IMG/VR virus record: IMGVR_UViG_3300037634_005747
Span: 1-34,045 of that record
Source of the DNA: a virus
Taxonomy: Duplodnaviria > Caudoviricetes
Direction: 5' to 3' (one strand)
Length of the DNA stretch: 34,045 nt
Within the stretch, counting starts at the first letter, position 1. Each line of letters opens with the position of its first letter. Below, piece by piece: positions 1-6,989 of the stretch. The notes below the pieces were generated by a model. The model had not been told where the DNA came from and ran no database searches. It saw nothing but the letters and a program-made list of their open reading frames with translations. Made by a program: the position numbers and the translations under genes.

Positions 1-2
1 CG

Positions 3-281
3 AAAAGATTAGTTGATGAGTTATTTACATTTGTATGGCTAGGTCATAGGGCAGAAGCCGCTAGAGGATATAATGATGATTTAGTAATGTCGTTTTCTAC
101 CGGTTTATGGATGAGAGATACAGCATTACGATTACAGCAACAGGGAATGGATTTAAATAGAAAAGCATTAGGACACTTTGGAAAATCGCAGGGAGTATAT
201 TCAGCGACAACAGAAACACCGAAAGAGTGGCAATGGAAGTCTGGCGATGATGAAAATTCTGATTTAAAGTGGCTACTCTAA
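3..281 (+). CDS. terL: Terminase large subunit (T4 gp17-like), C-terminal fragment, 5' truncated by the window edge
   Basis: The frame is open from base 3 and reads KRLVDELFTFVWLGHRAEAARGYNDDLVMSFSTGLW. E-L-x-x-F...A-x-x-G-x-N-D-D-L-V-M is the terminase nuclease-domain C-terminal motif. It lies directly upstream of the portal. The ORF-track start at 87 is an internal Met. Confidence 0.88.
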   Translation, partial: KRLVDELFTFVWLGHRAEAARGYNDDLVMSFSTGLWMRDTALRLQQQGMDLNRKALGHFGKSQGVYSATTETPKEWQWKSGDDENSDLKWLL

Positions 282-293
282 TATTTATTTATA
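281..293 (+). promoter_or_regulatory. Putative late promoter motif ATATTTAT upstream of the portal
   Basis: ATATTTATTTATA; the same motif recurs in five other intergenic gaps. Confidence 0.55.
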
Positions 294-303
294 TAGGTAA
301 ATT

Positions 304-2184
304 ATGACAGATACTTCGTTAAGAGCACGATTAAGTAGATTATTTGCAACCAATGTAGTTGTACGTAGAATCTCAAAAAACAGACTAAAAGCAGTTGATG
401 CAAATAGATTACAATCAACAGGAAATTTAAGTAATAAACGTTATGTGGATAGATTTTCCGGCGTTCACCGCGGATCACCAGGATTTGGTACATATAACCA
501 AAACCAATCATTTCATACATCAAAAATCGAATTATTTACAGATTATGAAGGTATGGACATGGACCCTATTTTATCTTCTGCTTTAGATATATACGCTGAC
601 GAATCTACTGTTAAAGATGCCGACGGAGATACTTTGACTATCACATCTCAAAATGATGAAGTACGTAAAATTTTAAGAAATTTATTTTATGATATATTAA
701 ATATAGATTATAATTTATGGCCATGGATTCGTAACGCATGTAAATATGGCGATTTTTATTTACATTTGGATATAGAAGAAGAAATCGGTATTGTTAATGT
801 AATGCCAATGTCAGCATATGAAATTATAAGAGAAGAAGGGTTTGATGAAGAAAATCCATATGCATATAAATTTTCATTACAAAATACTCATGGTGGCGGC
901 TCTCATAATTATGGACGTGGTAACCAAGGCGTGATGCAAGAATTTGAACCTTTTGAGATAGCACATTTTCGATTATTATCTGATACAAACTTTTTACCGT
1001 ATGGTAAATCAATGATAGAACCTGCGCGTAAAATATTTAAACAATTAACTCTTATGGAAGATGCGATGTTAATACATCGTATAATGAGAGCACCGGAACG
1101 TAGAATATTTAAAATCGACGTAGGAAATATACCACCAGCTGAAGTAGATAATCATATTCAGGGAATTGTTAATAAAATGAAAAAAGTTCCTTATATAGAT
1201 GAAAAAACTGGAGATTATAATCTTAAATTTAATATGCAAAATATGATTGAAGATTATTTCATGCCAGTACGTGGAGGAGAGTCTGGTACATCAATTGAAG
1301 CATTGCCAGGATTATCATCAGAAGGTCAAATTGAAGATATTGATTATTTAAAAAATAAATTATTTGCAGCTTTAAAAATACCAAAAGCATTTTTAGGTTA
1401 TGATGAGGGTGTTGAAGGTAAAGCAACTTTAGCAGCCGAGGATGTAAGATTTGCAAGAACAATTGAACGTATACAAAAAATATTTGTATCAGAGTTAACT
1501 AAAATTGCAATTGTACATTTATATACGCAAGGCTATAAAGATGCAGATTTAGTTGATTTTGAATTATCTTTAACTAATCCATCAATTGTATATGAAAAAC
1601 AGAAAGTTGAAATTTTAGAAAGCAAGATTGGATTAGCTACAAATATGAAAGAATCTACTTTATTCTCACAGCGATGGATATATGAAAATGTATTTGGATT
1701 GAGTCAAAATGAATGGCGAGTAGAGCAAGAACAGGTAATTGAAGATTTAAAACAAGACTTCCGAAAAGAACAAATTAAGTCAGAAGGTAATGATCCTAAA
1801 AAGACTAATCAATCATTTGGTACTCCTCATGATATAGCTTCAATGCATGTGGCTAATAAAGACGGGTTATTGCCAGGCCAAGAACAAGAACATGTTGCTG
1901 GGACAGGTCGCCCTCCAGAACATCAGTCTTGGGGATCACATGAATCACCCCATGGCCGAGATCCATTAGCTATTAAAGCATTAGGTAAATCATTATCCAC
2001 AGATAAGTCTCCATTACAGCATCAGTATAGAGGAGGATCGCCATTAAGTACAGAAAACATACAAATTAATTCGTTAATTAATTCAATGAAATCATCAAAA
2101 ATTATAAAACAGACGTTGTTAAAAGAAACCGAAGAACCGGATTCAGGTACAATGTTAGATGAATCACAATTAATTGAGGATTAA
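304..2184 (+). CDS. Portal vertex protein (T4 gp20-like), 626 aa
   Basis: gp20 motifs LMEDAMLIHRIMRAPERRIFKIDVGNIP, MIEDYFMPVRGGESGTSIEALPG, IEDIDYLKNKLFAALKIPK and EDVRFARTIERIQ; located after the terminase. Confidence 0.95.
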   Translation: MTDTSLRARLSRLFATNVVVRRISKNRLKAVDANRLQSTGNLSNKRYVDRFSGVHRGSPGFGTYNQNQSFHTSKIELFTDYEGMDMDPILSSALDIYADESTVKDADGDTLTITSQNDEVRKILRNLFYDILNIDYNLWPWIRNACKYGDFYLHLDIEEEIGIVNVMPMSAYEIIREEGFDEENPYAYKFSLQNTHGGGSHNYGRGNQGVMQEFEPFEIAHFRLLSDTNFLPYGKSMIEPARKIFKQLTLMEDAMLIHRIMRAPERRIFKIDVGNIPPAEVDNHIQGIVNKMKKVPYIDEKTGDYNLKFNMQNMIEDYFMPVRGGESGTSIEALPGLSSEGQIEDIDYLKNKLFAALKIPKAFLGYDEGVEGKATLAAEDVRFARTIERIQKIFVSELTKIAIVHLYTQGYKDADLVDFELSLTNPSIVYEKQKVEILESKIGLATNMKESTLFSQRWIYENVFGLSQNEWRVEQEQVIEDLKQDFRKEQIKSEGNDPKKTNQSFGTPHDIASMHVANKDGLLPGQEQEHVAGTGRPPEHQSWGSHESPHGRDPLAIKALGKSLSTDKSPLQHQYRGGSPLSTENIQINSLINSMKSSKIIKQTLLKETEEPDSGTMLDESQLIED

Positions 2185-2211
2185 TTATATATTGATTTCT
2201 AAAACTATAGC

Positions 2212-2219
2212 ATATTTAT
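2212..2219 (+). promoter_or_regulatory. Putative late promoter motif ATATTTAT
   Basis: Intergenic, about 30 nt before the ATG at 2251. Confidence 0.55.
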
Positions 2220-2250
2220 TAAAAAGTATGATTATACAGGGCGAACTTTC

Positions 2251-3093
2251 ATGAAACGAATAAAACATTCCAAGGTTAAAAATACCGGTATTATATTTGA
2301 ATTACTCGTACGACAAGTGGCTTCGGATACAATGAATAATAAAAATTCAAAAGCGCTCCGCGTAATAAAAAAGCATTTTAATTCTAATTCGGAATTGGCT
2401 AGAGAATTAAAATTATATCGTACCATAGCTCAAGAAAAGTTTTTATCAGAATCTAAAGCATCAAAATTCTTAGATGCAGTGATAAGAACTCGTAGACAAC
2501 TTAACGAAACTCAATTACGTCGAGATAAATATAATTTAATTAAAGAATTAAAAGCTGTATATAATTTAGATGAGTTTTTTAAATCACGCATTATAAATTA
2601 TAAAGCACATGCAACTACATATAAATTATTTGAATTTGCTGAAGCAGATGATCCGGCTGAATATGTAGCTAGTAAATTTGCATTAATAGAGCATATACAA
2701 ACTAAGACCAAAATTGTTGAGTCAAAACCGACATTAGCTTCTGAACATAAAGATGTGCGTATGCTAGCGTCAAAATTAGTTGTTGATAAATTTAATGAAA
2801 AATATTCTAAATTAAATGAATCTCAGAAACATATGTTGCGTGAGTATATCAATAATGTTACAAATTCAGTTAAATTAAAAAAATATGTGTTAACTGAAAC
2901 ATTGAATTTAAAAAATATAATTTCAAAATTAAAACCGTCTATTCCTAGCAAAGTAATTCGTATCAAATTGACAGAAGTTTCTAACTTATTAAATAAACTG
3001 TCTAAACAACATACTATACAAGATAAAGATGTGTTAACAATGCTACGATATTATGAATTAGTTAACGAACTTAAAAATATAGGAACTAAATAA
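2251..3093 (+). CDS. Hypothetical protein of the head module, basic and helical, 280 aa
   Basis: Long ORF between portal and protease with an upstream ATATTTAT motif; no catalytic motif recognised. Confidence 0.8.
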   Translation: MKRIKHSKVKNTGIIFELLVRQVASDTMNNKNSKALRVIKKHFNSNSELARELKLYRTIAQEKFLSESKASKFLDAVIRTRRQLNETQLRRDKYNLIKELKAVYNLDEFFKSRIINYKAHATTYKLFEFAEADDPAEYVASKFALIEHIQTKTKIVESKPTLASEHKDVRMLASKLVVDKFNEKYSKLNESQKHMLREYINNVTNSVKLKKYVLTETLNLKNIISKLKPSIPSKVIRIKLTEVSNLLNKLSKQHTIQDKDVLTMLRYYELVNELKNIGTK

Positions 3094-3353
3094 TGAGTCA
3101 ATTTAGAACATTAGGACATCCAGGTCGATATTATGAAGTATATGAATATAACAGCGGTCAAGTTGACTTCACTGGATCAATGTATGGTTACGGCGCTATT
3201 ATGGTAAAGTCACATGGCGGAGCTACTGCTAGTTTATCTGGGGGTGGCAAAATTCGTGTAGATGAACTGGCTATAGGATTACATGAATTATCTGTATCAA
3301 AAATTACCGGCGGAACTAGTTCAGTAATATATGTACTTAAAAGACAACAATAG
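3093..3353 (+). CDS. Hypothetical protein, 86 aa, Gly/Ser-rich and probably beta-structured
   Basis: TAATG overlap with the upstream stop and AGGA upstream of the start. Confidence 0.7.
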   Translation: MSQFRTLGHPGRYYEVYEYNSGQVDFTGSMYGYGAIMVKSHGGATASLSGGGKIRVDELAIGLHELSVSKITGGTSSVIYVLKRQQ

Positions 3354-3361
3354 GATATTAT

Positions 3362-3919
3362 ATGAAATTGCTAGATGAAATGAAACAATTTTTTAAAGAA
3401 GAAAAATCTAAACCAGATTATTTAGATATAGACGGCGATGGTGATAAAAAAGAACCGATGAAAAAGGCTGCTAAAGATGAAGAATTGGATGAAGCTAACG
3501 TAACCGGAAATATGGATGGCGGTGAAGGTCCTGTAAAAACACCTCATGCTTTTGGACGTAAAGAAGATGAGAAGGATAATGCCGAAGTATTCGATTATAA
3601 AAAAACAAAAACAGCTGATAAACATTTTGAAAGTACTTATAAGAAAATGATGGCAACCATGGAAGAACTTCAAGAAGTATCTTACCGCGATTATAAGAAA
3701 GATCCTACATCTACCCCTCAGCAAAAAGTTAACAGAGGTATTATGGAAGTTAACAAAATGTTAGCAGAGATGGAAAAAATTGTTACTAATAATTTACGTT
3801 TAAAAACTGAAATGGGTGTACAATCTGGTCATTTTTGGAAAGCGACAGGAAAACGATTTGCAAAAATTAATGAACGTATGTTACGTGTTGCACATAGATT
3901 AAAGGAGTTATCATCATGA
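3362..3919 (+). CDS. Putative prohead core/internal head protein, 185 aa, with a DxDxDG motif
   Basis: Charged protein containing PDYLDIDGDGDKKEPMKKAAKD and L-x-E sites (LDE, LQE); AGGA SD; located in the head module. Confidence 0.65.
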   Translation: MKLLDEMKQFFKEEKSKPDYLDIDGDGDKKEPMKKAAKDEELDEANVTGNMDGGEGPVKTPHAFGRKEDEKDNAEVFDYKKTKTADKHFESTYKKMMATMEELQEVSYRDYKKDPTSTPQQKVNRGIMEVNKMLAEMEKIVTNNLRLKTEMGVQSGHFWKATGKRFAKINERMLRVAHRLKELSS

Positions 3920-4071
3920 TTTTAAATCGAACTTGGCAGCAATTCGTAAAGGCTAAAGAAAATAAAAATTTAACTTTACAAGAACAAAAACGTAAATATG
4001 CGGATGAAAGAAAGCGATATGACCAACATGTTGCTTTTATAAATTCAGGACTATATAATAAAGGAAAATAA
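3916..4071 (+). CDS. Small hypothetical protein, 51 aa, absent from the ORF track (MILNRTWQQFVKAKENKNLTLQEQKRKYADERKRYDQHVAFINSGLYNKGK)
   Basis: ATGA overlap with the upstream stop, AAGGAG at 3902-3907, and TAATG overlap with the protease start. It fills the gap exactly. Confidence 0.8.
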   Translation: MILNRTWQQFVKAKENKNLTLQEQKRKYADERKRYDQHVAFINSGLYNKGK

Positions 4072-4676
4072 TGGATAAGCAATTATTAGTAGATTATACA
4101 GTATTTGAAGTATCACCTCAAGCAATAAATGAATCATTAACTCAAAATAATGGTAAGTTAATTGTAAAGGGAGTTCTTCAGAGAGCGGAAGCAAAAAACC
4201 AAAACGGAAGAATTTATCCTAAAGAAACGTTAATGCGAGAAGCTGCTAATTATGCAGGGACATTTATTAAAGAAAGACGTGCATTAGGAGAATTAGACCA
4301 CCCAGATTCATCAGTTGTTAATTTAAATAACGTATCTCATAACGTCTTAGAAATGGGATGGCAAGGCGATGACTTAGTAGGTAAAGTAGAAGTATTAGGA
4401 ACGCCTGCAGGAAATATATTAAAGGAACTTTTCAAATCTGGAATCCGGTTAGGTATATCCTCTAGAGGAATGGGATCTGTTAAAGAAGTAATGAGAGAAG
4501 GTGGAGATACATTAGAGGTACAACCAGACTTTGAATTAATTGCATTTGACTTTGTTTCTAATCCATCCACTCATGGAGCATTTTTATCCCCAGTAAACGA
4601 ATCTAAAGGGTCTGCTACTACTAACAAATTTGCGAAAGTAGAACGAATAATAACTGATATCATAACGGAGTTTTAG
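4071..4676 (+). CDS. Prohead core protein protease (T4 gp21-like)
   Basis: gp21-family motifs NQNGRIYP, ALGELDHP, GISSRGMGS and FDFVSNPSTHGAF. Confidence 0.95.
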   Translation: MDKQLLVDYTVFEVSPQAINESLTQNNGKLIVKGVLQRAEAKNQNGRIYPKETLMREAANYAGTFIKERRALGELDHPDSSVVNLNNVSHNVLEMGWQGDDLVGKVEVLGTPAGNILKELFKSGIRLGISSRGMGSVKEVMREGGDTLEVQPDFELIAFDFVSNPSTHGAFLSPVNESKGSATTNKFAKVERIITDIITEF

Positions 4677-4678
4677 AT

Positions 4679-5050
4679 ATGAAATTAAAAAAATTATTAG
4701 AAAGTACGCCTGGATTTGAAAATAGAAAGTTTGGCGATAAATTACCTACATTAGATAGTGTGAAATCTGCATACCAAAGTGCAAAGGGAATAAACGAACA
4801 ATCAGAGCCAATTGATTATGCATACTTTATTGAGCAGACAAATGGCTTGTTAACAGCTATGGAAGATTTTCAACAAGAATTAAGTACTGCGTTAGAAGCC
4901 AAAGATGAAGAGACAGGTGACCCTCAATATCAACAATTACAAAATCAAGTTGCTAGATATATGCAAGGAGCAGAAAAACAAGTAGCGGCTATGGGAAAAA
5001 TGTTAAATAGAAAACAAGACCTTACTAACCGAGATACCTTTACTGTATAA
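4679..5050 (+). CDS. Hypothetical protein, 123 aa, probable internal head/core protein
   Basis: N-terminus MKLKKLLE; helical C-terminus; GGAG upstream of the start. Confidence 0.7.
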   Translation: MKLKKLLESTPGFENRKFGDKLPTLDSVKSAYQSAKGINEQSEPIDYAYFIEQTNGLLTAMEDFQQELSTALEAKDEETGDPQYQQLQNQVARYMQGAEKQVAAMGKMLNRKQDLTNRDTFTV

Positions 5051-5064
5051 CTAGGAGAAATATA

Positions 5065-5478
5065 ATGAACAAATATGAAAACAAATTAATGAAACATATC
5101 TTAAATGAAAAATATTTAGGAGAAACTGACGAACCAAAAATGACTAAAGAAGATCGTGATGCATTTTTAGAAGCAGTTGGTAACTTTCATAAGTTAGGTG
5201 AGATGGTATATGGTTCGGGTAGATTAAAAGAAGTTGCAGAGACGTTAAAAAGCGTAGTAGAACGGGCAGAAAAGGTGACTTTATCAGAAACGGAACACTG
5301 GTTTGATAATGTTACAACATCACGTCATATGAAACAAATGAATGAAGCATATAAAGTTTTTGAAAAGACTGCAACTGAAATGAGTTCAATGCAACAACGA
5401 CTAGAATCGGCATATGAAGATATGGGTACTGTATTAAATCGTTATTATAAGATAGGCGAATCTCTTAGAGAAGATTAG
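5065..5478 (+). CDS. Hypothetical protein of the head module, 137 aa, helical
   Basis: AGGAG SD; ILNE and YLGE motifs near the N-terminus; coiled-coil-like C-terminus. Confidence 0.75.
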   Translation: MNKYENKLMKHILNEKYLGETDEPKMTKEDRDAFLEAVGNFHKLGEMVYGSGRLKEVAETLKSVVERAEKVTLSETEHWFDNVTTSRHMKQMNEAYKVFEKTATEMSSMQQRLESAYEDMGTVLNRYYKIGESLRED

Positions 5479-5510
5479 GTTATTTGAAATATATTTGTTA
5501 TATTAACAAT
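5476..5510 (+). promoter_or_regulatory. Putative bS21 promoter, different from the ATATTTAT motif; contains TATATTTG, a match to the Bacteroidota -7 element TAnnTTTG
   Basis: TAGGTTATTTGAAATATATTTGTTATATTAAC, with TAnnTTTG at 5490-5497. No correctly spaced -33 TTTG was seen. Confidence 0.4.
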
Positions 5511-5534
5511 TAATATTAAAATAAAATAAGTTAC

Positions 5535-5786
5535 ATGAGTAAACAAAACAAACATTTCATGAGTATTATACCTGGTGCGGGTATAGCTGTTAAAGTATTA
5601 TCGACCAAACAATATCCAAAAGGAGATATTAATTCAGCTTTAAAGGCGTTTAAAAGAGAATTAAAAGAATCTGGAAAGATGGAAGATTTGAAAAATCGTA
5701 AAGAATTTAAATCTAAAGGTCAAAAACGAAAAGAAGAAGTTGATCGAGCTAAATATTATCAATGGTTAGATGACCAAAATCAGTAA
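5535..5786 (+). CDS. rpsU: Phage-encoded 30S ribosomal protein bS21 with an N-terminal extension
   Basis: AVKV...GDINSALKAFKRELKESGKMEDLKNRKEFKSKGQKRKE follows the bS21 pattern (V.V....I..AL+.FK+.....G....L+.R..F.K....+). Small and basic. Co-location with head genes is known for bS21 phages. Confidence 0.85.
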   Translation: MSKQNKHFMSIIPGAGIAVKVLSTKQYPKGDINSALKAFKRELKESGKMEDLKNRKEFKSKGQKRKEEVDRAKYYQWLDDQNQ

Positions 5787-5791
5787 AAATT

Positions 5792-5811
5792 GTGCCATTT
5801 GGCACTTTTTT
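5792..5811 (+). terminator. Rho-independent terminator after bS21
   Basis: GTGCC-ATTT-GGCAC hairpin followed by TTTTTT, starting 6 nt after the stop codon. Confidence 0.7.
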
Positions 5812-5844
5812 ACGTTATAAACGAATGTTTTTGTAAATTACTGC

Positions 5845-5974
5845 ATATATATAAATGTTAACGATACCGTATTTCAATAATCGGTCACTCGAATTATATC
5901 TAAATAAGTACAAATGTACTTTCTATTAAAGCTCTGAATAGCTTTATTTCCAAATTAAATAAGAGGAACAAATC
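5845..5974 (+). promoter_or_regulatory. Late-promoter variant (ATATATATAAAT) plus a structured 5' leader of the scaffold-capsid operon
   Basis: Motif variant at 5845-5856; hairpins at 5866-5885, 5906-5921 and 5927-5946; SD AAGAGGA at 5961-5967. Confidence 0.5.
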
Positions 5975-6976
5975 ATGGCAAATGATTTATTAAAAGAAGC
6001 AATTGCAGACGCGAAAGCCGTACGAGAAACTGCACTTGCTAATGCTAAAATTGCATTAGAAGAAGCTTTTACTCCTAGATTACAATCAATGTTATCTGCC
6101 AAATTAGCTGAAGAAGAAGGTTTAGATGAACCAGAATTAGATGCTGAACCAGTTGCAGTTGAGGAACCACCAGTGGAAGACGAATTTGCTGCAGAAGCAC
6201 TTCAATTTGAAGATGAAGCTCCTGTAGAAGATGAAATCCCCGCTGAGGAACCAGTAGCTGAAGAAGACGATTATGATCAGCAAGATGAAGATCTAGAATT
6301 AGAAGCAATTATCAAAGAATTAGAATCAGAAATGAATGAAGCTGAAGGAGAGGAAGAAGATGTCGATCTAGAAGAAGCATCATCATCAACTGGATTAGGA
6401 AATGGTGATGGCCAAAGTCCTAAAAAAGCATCATCATCTGATCAAGACGATCCTGGTAAAGGAAAGTTGAAAGAAGGTGAAGGCGATGATGAAGAAGCTG
6501 CAGCTGACGTAGATGAAGATATTTCTATTGATGAAATCATTAATGCTTTAAGAGAAGAAGACGAAGCTGAAAAAGAAGACGTAGACGAAGCTCAAGACAC
6601 TGCCGGTGTTGATGATGGTGATGCTGCTAAAGATCTTAAAGAAGCGTATAACGTTATTCGATTCTTAAAAAGCAAAATTAATGAAGTTAATCTTCTTAAT
6701 GCAAAATTATTATTCTCAAACAAATTGTTTAAAAATCATTCAATGAACGAATCTCAGAAAATGAAAGTAATTGAAAACTTTGACAGAGCTTCATCAATTC
6801 GTGAAGTAAAATTAGTTTTTGCTACATTATCTGAATCATTTGTATTGACTGGTAAAACAAAAAGATCAATTAAAGAAAGCTATGCTTCAAAAGCTAGTCG
6901 TTCAACAGCACCTAGGAAAGTAATTTCTGAAGGTAATGATTTGACGTCTAGATGGAAGAAGTTAGCTAATCTGTAA
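5975..6976 (+). CDS. Prohead core scaffolding protein (T4 gp22-like role), 333 aa
   Basis: Very acidic low-complexity middle with many L/I-x-E sites; coiled-coil ends (LLKEAIADAKAVRETALANAKIALEEAF; KINEVNLLNAKLL); lies immediately upstream of the MCP. Confidence 0.85.
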   Translation: MANDLLKEAIADAKAVRETALANAKIALEEAFTPRLQSMLSAKLAEEEGLDEPELDAEPVAVEEPPVEDEFAAEALQFEDEAPVEDEIPAEEPVAEEDDYDQQDEDLELEAIIKELESEMNEAEGEEEDVDLEEASSSTGLGNGDGQSPKKASSSDQDDPGKGKLKEGEGDDEEAAADVDEDISIDEIINALREEDEAEKEDVDEAQDTAGVDDGDAAKDLKEAYNVIRFLKSKINEVNLLNAKLLFSNKLFKNHSMNESQKMKVIENFDRASSIREVKLVFATLSESFVLTGKTKRSIKESYASKASRSTAPRKVISEGNDLTSRWKKLANL

Positions 6977-6989
6977 AAAGGAAAGGAAA

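Noticed and set aside
87-281. Independent 64-aa gene as listed in the ORF track
   Set aside because: The frame is open upstream to the window start and contains the terminase NDDLVM motif, so this is the tail of the large terminase gene.
5787-5974. tRNA gene in the longest intergenic gap
   Set aside because: No cloverleaf or T-loop GTTCRA signature; only short local hairpins.
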